Positions 29,110 to 39,946 of a stretch of 64,000 nucleotides of DNA are shown here, piece by piece. Below the pieces are notes generated by a model. It made no database searches, was not told the DNA's origin, and saw only the letters and a list, made by a program, of their open reading frames with translations. Every line of letters begins with the position of its first letter. Position 1 is the first letter of the stretch. The stretch lies in the NCBI GenBank assembly GCA_963812135.1, contig CAWETU010000001.1, positions 1 through 64,000 on the forward strand. The letters are read 5' to 3'. The stretch is from Vulcanimicrobiota bacterium (lineage in GTDB: Bacteria > Vulcanimicrobiota > Vulcanimicrobiia > Eremiobacterales > Eremiobacteraceae). The position numbers and the translations under genes were made by a program.

Positions 29110-29840
29110 CCCGGCGGACGCCAGCCGCGTTGCTCAGCCACCAGCTTGTTCGCCAGATAGTAGCTCTCAAAGGTCCCGGCGTCGGTCCACCAGCCGTCGA
29201 CGATGTCGAACGCGAGGTCCCCGCGCTCGATGTACGCGTTGTTGACGTCCGTGATCTCGAGCTCCCCGCGCGCGCTTGGAACGAGACGACGGCAAAACTC
29301 GAAGACGGCCTGATCGTACATGTACACGCCCGTCACCGCGTATCGGCTCTGTGGCTGCCTGGGCTTCTCCTCGATTCGCACGATCCGGCCATCGCGCATG
29401 ACCGGCACGCCGAAACGCTGCGGATCGGGCACTTCTTTGAGCAGCAGGCGTGCGCCCGACGCCTGCCGCTCGAACGCGGCGATGTGCGGCGTGATATCTT
29501 TTTCGAGCAGATTGTCGCCGAGGATGACGACGATCCGCTGGCCGGCTGAGAAATGCTCGGCGAGCTTGAGCGCGTCGGCGATGCCGCCGTCGCCTTGTTG
29601 GTACGTGTACGAGATCTCATCGAGCCCGAACTCTTTGCCATCGCTGAGCAGCCGGAGGAACTCACCGGCGTGGTTGCCGCCGGTCACGATCAAAATGTCT
29701 CGGATGCCTGCGCGCACGAGCATCTCGATGGGATAGAAGATCATCGGCCGGTCGTAGATCGGCAGCAGATGCTTGTTCGAGACGCGGGTCAACGGCAACA
29801 TCCGAGAGCCCAGACCGCCCGCCAAGATGACGCCCTTCAT
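29106..29840 (-). CDS. rmlA: Glucose-1-phosphate thymidylyltransferase (short form)
   Basis: MKGVILAGGLGSRMLPLT, NKHLLPIYDRPMI, LGDN, EEKP, SARGELEITDVN, WTDAGT. Confidence 0.9.
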   Translation of the reverse strand: MKGVILAGGLGSRMLPLTRVSNKHLLPIYDRPMIFYPIEMLVRAGIRDILIVTGGNHAGEFLRLLSDGKEFGLDEISYTYQQGDGGIADALKLAEHFSAGQRIVVILGDNLLEKDITPHIAAFERQASGARLLLKEVPDPQRFGVPVMRDGRIVRIEEKPRQPQSRYAVTGVYMYDQAVFEFCRRLVPSARGELEITDVNNAYIERGDLAFDIVDGWWTDAGTFESYYLANKLVAEQRGWRPPG

Positions 29841-30865
29841 ATCGGCTCTGAAAAAGAGTACTGCCGGCGATAGTATTGCGCGAATTCGCCCTGCACGATC
29901 GGGCGCCACCACGCCTCGTTCTCGCGATACCAGCCGGCCGTCTGCGCGAGGCCGGCCGCCAGATCCACCTGTGGTTCCCACCCGAGGGCGCGCAACTTCG
30001 AAGCGTCGAGCGCATAACGCCCGTCGTGGCCCGGCCGATCCTGCACGTAGCGGACATACGTGGAGGCTTCGAGGCCGAGCAGTTCGCAGAGCCGGCGCGT
30101 CATCTCCAAGTTGGTGCACCCGCTGTGCGGGCCCGCATTGTAGATCTGTCCGACGATGCCGTTGGTCAGCGCTTGCTCGACCGCATGGCAATGGTCGTCC
30201 ACGTGCAGCCACTCGCGCTCGTTGCTGCCATCGCCGTACAGCGGCACCGGTTTGCGATCGATCAAGTTCGTGAGGAACAGCGGCACGAGTTTCTCGGGAT
30301 ACTGGTACGGCCCATACGTGTTGGAACCGCGCGTGATGATCGCGGGCAGACGGTGGGTCTCGACATACGCGAGGACCAGCAGGTCAGCGCTCGCCTTGCT
30401 CGCTGCGTATGGACTGCTGGGAGCAAGCGGCGCGTCTTCGCGCGAGCGTCCGTGCGCGACGCTGCCGTACACCTCATCGGTCGATACCTGGATGAAGCGC
30501 GGAATGCCCAGCTCACGTGCAGCCTCGAGCAGCACATGCACGCCGAGCACATTGGTGCGCAAGAACGCCGCGGGGTCCACGATACTGCGGTCCACGTGCG
30601 TTTCTGCGGCGAAGTTGACGATCGCATCGACGCCCGGTTCAATGGCCCCTCGGACGGCGTCCGAATCGCAGATATCGCCGCGCACGAAACGGTACCGCTC
30701 GTCGCCGGTCGCATCGCGCAGTTTTTCCTGGTCTCCTGCGTACGTCAATGCGTCGAGATTGACGATCGTCCAGCCGGGATGCCGCGCCAGCACCGAGCGG
30801 ATGAAGTGAGAGCCGATGAAGCCGCAGCCACCGGTGATGAGCAAGCGCATCGAGACATCGCGCAT
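29837..30865 (-). CDS. rmlB: dTDP-glucose 4,6-dehydratase
   Basis: TGGCGFIGS, DALTYAG, FAAETHVDRSI, STDEVYG, PYAASKA, YGPYQYPEKL, DRPGHD.RYA. Confidence 0.95.
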   Translation of the reverse strand: MRDVSMRLLITGGCGFIGSHFIRSVLARHPGWTIVNLDALTYAGDQEKLRDATGDERYRFVRGDICDSDAVRGAIEPGVDAIVNFAAETHVDRSIVDPAAFLRTNVLGVHVLLEAARELGIPRFIQVSTDEVYGSVAHGRSREDAPLAPSSPYAASKASADLLVLAYVETHRLPAIITRGSNTYGPYQYPEKLVPLFLTNLIDRKPVPLYGDGSNEREWLHVDDHCHAVEQALTNGIVGQIYNAGPHSGCTNLEMTRRLCELLGLEASTYVRYVQDRPGHDGRYALDASKLRALGWEPQVDLAAGLAQTAGWYRENEAWWRPIVQGEFAQYYRRQYSFSEPI

Positions 30866-31828
30866 CTAGGCCGCACAGCGCAGCACGAACGCCGCCTGAT
30901 CGCCGTCACGCCGGCGATTCAAGAGCCACGCTCTGACGGTCCAAGCGCCGGCGATCGAACGCACCAGCCGACGCGCGATATCCGCGAACCCGCCCGCCCT
31001 CGGCGTGCTGCCGCGGAGATAGTCGTCGCTGCCCGAAAATTGGAACGCGGTCGAGTCGTAGGTGCTCCGTTCGACGCGCAGCCCCGCGCGGCGAGCGCAC
31101 TCGAGCAGACCGCGTTGCGAAAAGATCGTGTGATGCCTTGGCGCGTCGAGCTGGACCCAGAAACGGCCGTAGCGTCTCCATGAATAACCGACCACCGGCG
31201 TGCGGATCACGACGCGTCCGTTCGCCGACAGGAGCGCCTTCACCGCCGCAAGGACGGCGGCCGGATCCTCAACGTGCTCGAGCGAGTGATTGAGAACGAT
31301 GATGTCAAAGGTCCCGTCCACATCTTCGACCAGTCCTCGGACGAGGCGCAGCGAGCCCGACCGTCCGTTCGCAGCGGCCGAGCTCGAGACGCCGTACGGA
31401 TCGACGCCGGTGAGATCTTGCATCCCTAGGTCGCGCAGGCGCTCCAACATGCGCCCCGCGCCGCAGCCGACGTCAAGAACCCGGGCACACGCGTCACTCG
31501 TACCGCGCAGGCCTACCCCCCAGCGTCCGCTGAGCGGGGAGACGATCGGAACGCATCGATCGTACGCGATGCGCAACGCCCTGACGTACCATCGCATGGA
31601 TGCCGAGACGCGCAGCTCGAGGTGCCGATAATACTTCTCCGGATACTGCGCTGCGCCGTCAGGCGGATTCGCGAGCGTCAACGAGCCGCATGCCGCGCAT
31701 TCGTGATACACGTAGCTTCCGCCGGTCCCGAACATCATCTCGGAAGCGTCGTGCGACGCGCATATCGCGGTCCCGCCGCACGCCCGGCACCCCATCATGG
31801 AGATGGAGGGAACTACCGCCTCAGTCAT
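30866..31828 (-). CDS. Class I SAM-dependent methyltransferase with N-terminal Cys/Zn-finger motif
   Basis: CRACGG...YHECAACG, VLDVGCGAG, NHSLEHVEDP, LDAPRH. Confidence 0.85.
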   Translation of the reverse strand: MTEAVVPSISMMGCRACGGTAICASHDASEMMFGTGGSYVYHECAACGSLTLANPPDGAAQYPEKYYRHLELRVSASMRWYVRALRIAYDRCVPIVSPLSGRWGVGLRGTSDACARVLDVGCGAGRMLERLRDLGMQDLTGVDPYGVSSSAAANGRSGSLRLVRGLVEDVDGTFDIIVLNHSLEHVEDPAAVLAAVKALLSANGRVVIRTPVVGYSWRRYGRFWVQLDAPRHHTIFSQRGLLECARRAGLRVERSTYDSTAFQFSGSDDYLRGSTPRAGGFADIARRLVRSIAGAWTVRAWLLNRRRDGDQAAFVLRCAA

Positions 31829-33024
31829 GCTTTCAAAGGTTCCAGCGCGAGGATCTTCTCGATGAACGCGGTCGCCTCTTGTTCTCGCAGCCGGCGATCC
31901 CACGCCCGCGCCTCGTCGCGTCCCTCCTCGCCGAGCGTGCGCGCAAGCTTCTCATCGGAGAGCACGTGTAGGACGCGCTGCGCGAAGCCGGCCTCGTCGC
32001 CGATCGGCGCTTTGAGCGCGCCGCGCGGGTATGTCACACGCAGTGGCGGTAGGTCGAACATCACGGCGGGGAGTCCGCACGCAAACGCTTCGGCCGCGGT
32101 CATGCCCGAATTGTCATACACGCTGGTGTGAAGAAAGACACGTGAGCCCCGCAGCACTTCGTATTTGCCCGAACCTTCGCAGAAGCCGAGCCACGCGATC
32201 GAGGACTCGATCCCAAGCTCGATCGCTTGCCGCCGCAAGCGGCGTTCGTAACCCGGGTCGCCGACGCCGACGATCGCGAGACGCAGGTCTGGCCGCTGGC
32301 CGAGCACGCGCTGCCAGATCCGCAGCAACCGCTCCAGACCTTTTTGCGGATGCAGCCGGCCGACGAACACGGCGTCGTACTGCTTCGTCGCATCACCGGA
32401 ACCGATGTGATCGAAATTGATCACACCGTAGACGGCGTGCAATCGTTCGCGCGGGTAACGGCGGCGAAGAAACTCCTCGGCGTCGACTTCGTTGGTGAGC
32501 ATGTTCCCATCAGCCTTGAGGACCGCCGGAAGCACGACGAGGCGTTGATACGAATAGAACGCAGCGAGGCGCATGTCGAGATTCTTTGTCAGCGTGCGGC
32601 TGTAATGCCCTTCATATCCGAATGCCGGATGCGGTACGAACAGATAGAGACATCCGATCCAACGCGAGGCAAGCCCCTCCTCGCGCATCCGCTGCGCCAG
32701 CAGAAGGTCTGGGATGAAATCGCTGGCAGAATACGCGATGTCGAAACGTTCCGGCCGCAGCTCGACGCGTCGCGTCTCGCGCCAGAGCCGGGTGTGGGCC
32801 GAGAGCAGCCCCGAACCAGGTATGCTGGTCTGCGAGACGATGCGAAAGCGCACGCCGCTGACGCCGTATTCGCGAAACGACCGCTCGCCGTCCGGCGTCG
32901 TCAGGACGCAGACATCGTAGCCCCGCTCTACCCACGAGCGCGCGAACTCGAGCGCGATCTTGGTGTTGCCGCCCATCGTGCCTGGCGGCGAGATCATCGT
33001 GGCGGCGATCGCGATGCTCTTCAA
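31825..33024 (-). CDS. GT4 glycosyltransferase
   Basis: MGGNTKI, FVGRLHPQKG, SVYDNSGMTAAEAFACGLP; TTGA overlap with upstream gene. Confidence 0.85.
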   Translation of the reverse strand: MKSIAIAATMISPPGTMGGNTKIALEFARSWVERGYDVCVLTTPDGERSFREYGVSGVRFRIVSQTSIPGSGLLSAHTRLWRETRRVELRPERFDIAYSASDFIPDLLLAQRMREEGLASRWIGCLYLFVPHPAFGYEGHYSRTLTKNLDMRLAAFYSYQRLVVLPAVLKADGNMLTNEVDAEEFLRRRYPRERLHAVYGVINFDHIGSGDATKQYDAVFVGRLHPQKGLERLLRIWQRVLGQRPDLRLAIVGVGDPGYERRLRRQAIELGIESSIAWLGFCEGSGKYEVLRGSRVFLHTSVYDNSGMTAAEAFACGLPAVMFDLPPLRVTYPRGALKAPIGDEAGFAQRVLHVLSDEKLARTLGEEGRDEARAWDRRLREQEATAFIEKILALEPLKA

Positions 33025-35312
33025 GGCGAGGCGCGCCGATCGGCGAGGAGAACGAGCGCGAGCGCGATCGTCAGCATGCAAAGTACGGCCAGCGACAGCG
33101 CTTGCAGCGCGGCAAACAAACGAGCGGGCTTATAGAAGATCGCCACATGTTGCCCGGCGTCCTGAGGGACGATCCAACCGTTGAGGAAACCATCGATCGG
33201 CACATGCGGCCAACCGAGCTCTTTGCCGCCGCCATCGACCCGCCAACCCGTCGAATAGCTTGAGTGGAGCACGAGGACGCGCGCGCCCGGCGCGAGCGTT
33301 GCGTCGTATGCCGCCGAGCCTCGTCTCGCGCTCTGCATAGGCAAAGACCGCGGTGCAATCTTGATGAGCTGATCCGGAACCGGCGTCTGGTCGCCGATCA
33401 ACCACGGGACCTCACCGCCGGAGAGTTGGAAAGCGCTCACCAAATCCGGCGCCGTGCTGCTTGGCCACACCGCCGCGCCGCTGTACGCGGACGCGTTCCC
33501 ATGCTCGATCGCGACGCGGTAGATGTCCAGCTCGCCGAACGTCGCGACGCGTTCGATGTGCGGTTGCGCGGCAAGAAAGCTGCGTATCGCTTCGGGCGAC
33601 AGGATGTCGCGGTACGGCCGCGACCACACGATGTCGTTGCGTTGCAGAATCCAGCCGACGCCCAACGCCGAGAGCAACGGCTCGATCGGCGCGCGAGAAC
33701 GCTTCCGGATGCGGTCGACGAGATATTTGAACTGCGGGCTCAACTCGGGCGTTCCCGTGATGTAGTTGATCGACTGGGTCGTGACGAGCAACGTCGGCTG
33801 CTTGATGAGCGCCGCCACGCCGTCGGCGCCGTAATAGCCCCAATCATACGGCATCTGATAGAAATCATCGTTGGGGAGCAGAAGCACGCGCGAATCATCG
33901 CGCTGGGCGTTGAGGTAGTCGGTGGCTTCGCTCCAATACTGGGGCGGCATGACGACTGACTTCGCATCGCCGTTCAGCCAAAGTTTTGGAATGAACTCGC
34001 CGCTGATGAACGGCACTCCGTTCGTGAGCAACAACAAGACGAGCGCGGCTGTCGCGAGCCGCGACGCGCGTGCGACATGCTGCACGCCGGCGCCGGTGCG
34101 TTCGAGATAGCGCGCCCCTCGTTCGACGAGCTCCGATATGCCGACGCCGGCAAGCACGAACATGCTCAAGTATAACGTGACATTCGTCGCCGGCTGAGGG
34201 TCGCGGAACAACCAAAAGAACGGGAGCTTGGCGTACAAGAATGCATTGATCTCCCCCAGCGGTGGGTGGTACCCCTTGCCGATGAATAGGGAGACAGCCA
34301 TGACTGCGAGCAGCGCCAAGACCCTCCGTCGAAACGGCGAGAATAAGTAGGCGGCGAGCGCGAGAGCCGCCGGCACGTACAGCGCGAGTCTGTACAATCC
34401 GGTCTGGTAACGAGCAGCCCACGGGAAATACTCGGGCAAAGGGTACGACCACGATCCGCGCATCGAGAGCATGTGAAGGATGGTCGCGCGCTGGTCGACC
34501 CAACTCCACGCGACCGGGTCGGCGAACGTCTGGGTCGCTGACCCGCCACTCGCGAAAAGCGTGACAAACGCTGCGTATGCCCACCACGCGTTCAGCGCGG
34601 CTGACGCCCCTAATCCCAGCATCAACCCAGGCAATATGCGTGGCAGCGTTCGCCAGTAGAGCGAGCCCCCGACGAGCCATGCGAGCGCCCAAAGAATCTC
34701 ATAGACGGCGATCGGCGGCGCCGTCGCAAGAACCATGAAGCCCAGACTCAAGAGTCCGATCTCGACGGCGAAGCGCAATGGGGGCGCCGGCTCGCGAACG
34801 CGGCGGACCAAGAAAGCCGCCGAGAGCGGGAAATAACCCATGGCGAACATCGCGATGGGATCGTGGAACGTGAGCGCAGAGTAAAAGGATAATGGAAGCG
34901 CGAGGCCGGCGGCGAGCGCGATGATCCGTCTCTCCGGGAAGAGCGTGCGCGCGAAAAACGTGACGCTCGACCCTGCGAACAGCAACAGCGCGAGCGACAA
35001 CACCCACTGCGCCATGGGACCGCTGAACCCGAGTCGCAACAAGAGGTCGCCCAGCAGCGCGAACACGGTCGTCCCCGGCGCATAGTGCGGCGAACCCAGC
35101 CCGCTATACGCGCTACTCCAGAGCTGGAGGCTTCGCTCGAGCTCGTGATTCCCGGGCATCACGTAGAGCGGATAGACGTCGCCCCACGCGAGGTATCCGT
35201 TCTTCGGAATCGCTGCCGCCGCGACGATGGTTATCGCGATCGTCACAATCGCGTAGAGCAGCGTTTCGCGATCGCGCAAGCGTCGCAGGAGTCCGCTCCA
35301 GACCTTTGTCAC
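33021..35312 (-). CDS. Multi-TM GT-C-type glycosyltransferase, AftD/DUF3367-like (paralog 1)
   Basis: GD..P near N-terminus, ~12 TM segments, PFFWLFRDP, PQYWSEATDYLN..RVLLLP, LGVGWILQRND, C-terminal LVLHSSYSTGW / IDGFLNGW. Confidence 0.65.
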   Translation of the reverse strand: MTKVWSGLLRRLRDRETLLYAIVTIAITIVAAAAIPKNGYLAWGDVYPLYVMPGNHELERSLQLWSSAYSGLGSPHYAPGTTVFALLGDLLLRLGFSGPMAQWVLSLALLLFAGSSVTFFARTLFPERRIIALAAGLALPLSFYSALTFHDPIAMFAMGYFPLSAAFLVRRVREPAPPLRFAVEIGLLSLGFMVLATAPPIAVYEILWALAWLVGGSLYWRTLPRILPGLMLGLGASAALNAWWAYAAFVTLFASGGSATQTFADPVAWSWVDQRATILHMLSMRGSWSYPLPEYFPWAARYQTGLYRLALYVPAALALAAYLFSPFRRRVLALLAVMAVSLFIGKGYHPPLGEINAFLYAKLPFFWLFRDPQPATNVTLYLSMFVLAGVGISELVERGARYLERTGAGVQHVARASRLATAALVLLLLTNGVPFISGEFIPKLWLNGDAKSVVMPPQYWSEATDYLNAQRDDSRVLLLPNDDFYQMPYDWGYYGADGVAALIKQPTLLVTTQSINYITGTPELSPQFKYLVDRIRKRSRAPIEPLLSALGVGWILQRNDIVWSRPYRDILSPEAIRSFLAAQPHIERVATFGELDIYRVAIEHGNASAYSGAAVWPSSTAPDLVSAFQLSGGEVPWLIGDQTPVPDQLIKIAPRSLPMQSARRGSAAYDATLAPGARVLVLHSSYSTGWRVDGGGKELGWPHVPIDGFLNGWIVPQDAGQHVAIFYKPARLFAALQALSLAVLCMLTIALALVLLADRRASP

Positions 35313-37585
35313 GCTTGATCCGCTCGCGAGCGCTGCAGGCACCAAAGCAAGACGAGCAGCCACGCGAGACCCAGGGCTTGCGCCGCCGTCTGCGCTGCAG
35401 CGACCCACTCGACAAGCCAGACCGCGCCGGTGTCGCTCAGCGGACCGAGAATCCACCCGTTCACGCAGCCGTCGATTCGCACGTGAGCAAGTGGTTGCGT
35501 CTCACCCAAGACGAGCCAGTGCTCGTCGTAGCGAGCGTTGTATCGCAACGCGCCTTGCGGCGTTGTCGAAATCATGATCCGCAGCAGCCATGGCGTCAGC
35601 TTGTCCGTATGCAGGCGGGTGAACGGCCCAGTCCCGGAGTCGTTTCTTACGTCCGGCGGCACGTGGCCCTCGAGCGCGACGACACACAGTCCATGACAGC
35701 GGACGCGCGATACGCCGGCCGGCACCGAGATCCAACGATATCCGTGCGTCGTCTCAGTCAATACGAGGCCATCCTCTGAGACGAGTGCGCCACGGACGAG
35801 CACGAGCGCTTCGTCATTGCCGGCCAACTCGATCAGCGCGGACGGATTCGTCGTCAGCGCCCCGCCGAACGGTTGGCCGAGCTCCGGATCGGCCGCGAAC
35901 CCTAGCCTCGCGTCGACCCAGCCATCGCTCGCGTGGACGAATTGGTTGTGCGGCACGATGCTGCGCGGTCGTTCATAGCTCGCCCACTGCGCCGGGACGC
36001 CATACCCACGCAGGCCCGCGACGTCGCCGAAGAACACTTCTCCCGCACCTGGATGGTTCGAGATCGACGTCGCCAACGGCGTCGCGATCATCGAGACTTC
36101 GGGGATCGCCTGTATGCTCTCGGAAAATGGCTGCCGATCGGGATTCTGCGGCGCAGGCGCGAGCGCCAATTGCTCGAGCAGCTCTCGGCTCGCCGACGTG
36201 TACCAAGGACGGTTGGCTATCTCTGACACACTGAGATTTGCGAGCGGTCGCCAGTCCCGAGTACGATCGTAGCGCGCCAATGCGCTATCCTCGGGCCAGG
36301 CCGGCACTTCTTCGTTTAACGGGGTCACCGATTCTGGGCGAACGATCGCGTCAGGATCGAGTCCGGCGAACCGCCCCATGTATCGCAGCGGTTGAAACGG
36401 CGGCACGAGCGCATAGCGTGTCTGCGGTCGAGCCACGTGCGATATCGCGGGGAGCGTCGCGCGGTTGGCCCACTGACGCGCCGGCGAGAAATGCGCCCAA
36501 CCTCCCATGAGGAGCACCGCTGCAACACACAAGGCCCACAGGAACAGCGCGTGACGAGACGCGGCGACTGCGGTAAGAGCGGCATAGCCGATCGCGGCAT
36601 AGCCGAGCACGTCATAGAGTTCGCGATATAACGCGAATGCCGGCACTCGTAGGAAGACCTCGGTGAAAATGCCGGCTAGGGGCCCCCGTAGGCCCATGGC
36701 CACGACGAGCACGATCAGGGTCGCCGCGCCGATGATGAATGCGCGCCGCGACGGCAGCAAGTAGATAAGGCCCACCACGGCCAGGATGACGATCAAGCCG
36801 ACCCCGACGTGGCCGAGCTTGTCAAAGCCAAGCGTGTATTTCGCGAAGTAGCCGCTCAAGAGCAATGCCGACGCGGGCGCGATCGATTGAGCTTGTTCCC
36901 ACGGCAGCGTGAGCGAGGTCGCCGCGAACTCCTTCGCGCGCAACAGGACGCCAAGCAGCGTCGGGCCACTCATGATGATCCACGTCGCGGTCGGCAGCCA
37001 CATTCTCATGCGCAGCGCCAAGACGAGTGCGACGATCAGCGCCGGCCCGAAGAACTGCAGCTGAGGCAGCGTGAACGCCAGCGCAAGCGCGCACACTGCG
37101 CCGCGAGGCCGCGTTCGCATCGCCTCCGATACCAATGCCATCGTCGCCGCGTACGCCACGATCATCGGCAGATGGCCGGCGACGACTTTGGTGTACACCC
37201 ACGGGTTGAACAACGCGAACGCAGCCACCGCGTTTGCCGCGAGCTCGTGCGCACCCATCGCGGTGGCGAGCTTTCGCGCTGCGAGCAGCACGCTCAGCGC
37301 GATGCCGAACACAAACGCGACGAGCGTTGGGAACGCGCCGAACAACGCGCCGACCGGCGCCAGCATGGCGACCAGCAGGTAGTTGTTCACGAACAGGTTC
37401 ACGCTACCGATGCCCTGCTCGCTCCAGCCGCTGATCGCGTTCAAAAACGGGTAGTAGTAGTCCGGCCAGTTCCAATCGTGCCGCAACGCCGGCACGCCGT
37501 TACTGCTGACGATGAGTGTGAAATACAGCGCGAGAACGCACGGGATCGCGAGCCACCGGAACTGCGCCAATCGGGGATCAGACAT
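35309..37585 (-). CDS. Multi-TM GT-C-type glycosyltransferase-like protein (more divergent paralog 2)
   Basis: RHDWNWP, FALFNPWVYTKVVAGHL, PAFALYRELYD, C-terminal LRYNARYDEHW / HVRIDGCVNGW shared with paralogs 1 and 3. Confidence 0.55.
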   Translation of the reverse strand: MSDPRLAQFRWLAIPCVLALYFTLIVSSNGVPALRHDWNWPDYYYPFLNAISGWSEQGIGSVNLFVNNYLLVAMLAPVGALFGAFPTLVAFVFGIALSVLLAARKLATAMGAHELAANAVAAFALFNPWVYTKVVAGHLPMIVAYAATMALVSEAMRTRPRGAVCALALAFTLPQLQFFGPALIVALVLALRMRMWLPTATWIIMSGPTLLGVLLRAKEFAATSLTLPWEQAQSIAPASALLLSGYFAKYTLGFDKLGHVGVGLIVILAVVGLIYLLPSRRAFIIGAATLIVLVVAMGLRGPLAGIFTEVFLRVPAFALYRELYDVLGYAAIGYAALTAVAASRHALFLWALCVAAVLLMGGWAHFSPARQWANRATLPAISHVARPQTRYALVPPFQPLRYMGRFAGLDPDAIVRPESVTPLNEEVPAWPEDSALARYDRTRDWRPLANLSVSEIANRPWYTSASRELLEQLALAPAPQNPDRQPFSESIQAIPEVSMIATPLATSISNHPGAGEVFFGDVAGLRGYGVPAQWASYERPRSIVPHNQFVHASDGWVDARLGFAADPELGQPFGGALTTNPSALIELAGNDEALVLVRGALVSEDGLVLTETTHGYRWISVPAGVSRVRCHGLCVVALEGHVPPDVRNDSGTGPFTRLHTDKLTPWLLRIMISTTPQGALRYNARYDEHWLVLGETQPLAHVRIDGCVNGWILGPLSDTGAVWLVEWVAAAQTAAQALGLAWLLVLLWCLQRSRADQA

Positions 37586-37679
37586 CTTTGGACGCACTCG
37601 AGCGCAGAGTCTTCGTGATCCGTTCCCCTAACTGCGTGAGCGCAAGAGTTTGCTGCGCGGCGATGAAACCTGCGCGACG

Positions 37680-38609
37680 ATGTCTGAAAAGCTCAAGACG
37701 GCGGTCGCACTTCTCTCGAAGGCTGTTTCGCGGCCTGGCGCGGCCGTCCTCGCCATCCGCCAGCGCGGATGGCGCAACGTCCTTGCCACTTTCCTACGCG
37801 CTGAACCTGCGGTCGCAACAACGATGGTCCGCGAACTGCAATCTCAATTGGCGCCGACGCCGCAGAATCTGACCGCCTGGTACGGCGGCGTGCGTTTCTT
37901 GCCGGTCGCCGACGAGCACCTGTACAAGGTCCGCCTGTCGACGGGTGAGGAGTTCCTCATCCGCAGATCGCGCGGTTGGCAAGATCTCGGTACGCTGCAC
38001 GAGGTCTTTATCGAAGGGGTGTATGCCGATCACCCGCCGATCGCCGGCAAGACCGTGCTCGACATCGGCGCGAACATCGGAGACACGGCCGTGTATTTCG
38101 CGAAGCGAGGCGCGCGCGTGATAGCCTTCGAGCCAGACCCACAGATGTGCGAGCTTGCTCGCCGCAACGTTGCCGGCAACGGTCTGCGCGCAGACATACG
38201 GTGCGCCGGCGTGGGCGCCGCGGAGCAGACCCTTGCGCTCTCGGCGACGCGCGATGGAGCCGACACGCTATCGGCGACGCTCTTCCCCGAGCACATCTCG
38301 GTTGACGAACGCCATGGCGAGACGAAACTGGTCGACGTCGTCGCTTTTGCCGACGTCTTATCGGAACTGGGTTCCGTCGACCTGGTGAAGATAGATTGCC
38401 AGGGCTGCGAGTATCCGTCGATTCGATCCCTGACGAACGTTGATCTTCGAAGAATCAAGAACGTCATGATGGAGTATCACGGCCGGAGCGCCGAGCTTGC
38501 GGACCAGCTGCGCGGATGCGGCTTCTCGGTACGCCTCAAGGGGACGATGTATTTGTACGCCGAGCGCATCGATGGCCGCGAGGGTGCGTCGCCGACACTG
38601 CTGGAATAA
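37680..38609 (+). CDS. FkbM-family methyltransferase
   Basis: VLDIGANIGD, VIAFEPDP, VDLVKIDCQGCE, MEYH. Confidence 0.88.
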   Translation: MSEKLKTAVALLSKAVSRPGAAVLAIRQRGWRNVLATFLRAEPAVATTMVRELQSQLAPTPQNLTAWYGGVRFLPVADEHLYKVRLSTGEEFLIRRSRGWQDLGTLHEVFIEGVYADHPPIAGKTVLDIGANIGDTAVYFAKRGARVIAFEPDPQMCELARRNVAGNGLRADIRCAGVGAAEQTLALSATRDGADTLSATLFPEHISVDERHGETKLVDVVAFADVLSELGSVDLVKIDCQGCEYPSIRSLTNVDLRRIKNVMMEYHGRSAELADQLRGCGFSVRLKGTMYLYAERIDGREGASPTLLE

Positions 38610-38616
38610 ACGTCAC

Positions 38617-39946
38617 ATGCATCGGATCGCCGTCATCGGAGCGGGCTATGTCGGGCTCGTTTCAGGAGCGTGTTTCGCCGAATTGGGCAACGATGTCGTC
38701 TGCATCGACGTCGATGCCGCGAAGATCGCTCGCCTGCGACGAGGCGAGTCCCCGCTCTTCGAACCCGGTCTCGAAGAGCTCGTTCGACGTAACGTGGAGG
38801 CGAGCAGGCTCGCGTTCACGCTCGATCTCGCAGAGGGTATTCACGGGCGCGAGATCGTCATCATCGCAGTCGGCACGCCGACCGCTGGCGATGGCCATCT
38901 CGACTTGCGCCACGTGCGGCAAGCCGCGCTCGACATCGCGGCGACTCTCGACGGGCCGAAGATCGTCGTCAACAAGTCGACCGTGCCGGTCCAAACAGCC
39001 GATCTCGTACGCTCGTTGATCGAGGAGGCGAAGACGACCGATCATACGGTCACAGTGGTCTCCAATCCGGAGTTCATGCGCGAGGGTTCTGCCGTCGCCG
39101 ACTTCATGCATCCGGACCGCATCGTGATCGGCGTCGATCATCCCGGCGCGGAGCGAGCTGCTGCGCGACCTGTACGCGCCGCTCGGCGCGCCGATCATCG
39201 TGACCGATCCGCGCACCGCTGAGATGATCAAGTTGACGTCAAACGCATTTCTGGCGGCAAAGATCTCGTTCATCAACGAGATCGCCGGTATCTGCGACGC
39301 GGTCGGCGCGGACGTGCGCGACGTGGTCGCCGGCGCCGGCGCGGACAAGCGGATCGGCGCGGCGTGCATGCAGCCCGGCCTCGGCTTCGGCGGCTCGTGC
39401 TTGCCCAAAGATCTGCTTGCGCTCCATCGGATCGCGGAGAAGAGCGGCGCCGCCACGCACCTGCTCGATGCTGCGCTCGCCGTGAACGCGGCGCAGATCG
39501 CTCACGTCTGTGCGCGGCTGAAGGGACTGCTCGGGGGACTCGACGGCAAGATCGTCGGCGTGCTCGGCTTGGCGTTCAAGCCTGGCACCGATGACGTGCG
39601 TGAATCGCCGGCGCTCGCGCTGGTGCGCCAACTGCTGCACGAAGGCGCGCGCGTGCGAGCGCACGACCCTGTCGCGGCGCGCAACGCCGCACGCGAACTC
39701 GAGGGCGACGTCCGGTTCGTCGGCGCCCCGCACGACGTCGCCGCGGGAGCCGATGCGCTCGTCATCGCGACCGCTTGGAGCGAATACGCCGAGCTCGATC
39801 TCTCGAAGCTGCGCCGCCTCATGCGTGGCGACGTGCTCTTCGACGCGCGCGACCTGTACGATCCGCGCAAAGTCTGCGAGGCCGGATTCACGTACGCGGG
39901 TATCGGCCGGCACGCGCCCGCGCCGGCCCGCGTCGCCGCGCCTTGA
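38617..39946 (+). CDS. ugd: UDP-glucose 6-dehydrogenase, frameshifted near 39150
   Basis: IGAGYVG, AVGTP, NKSTVP, SNPEFMREG; second frame AEMIKLTSNAFLAAKISFINEI, GFGGSCLPKD, GLAFKPGTDDVRESP. Confidence 0.92.
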
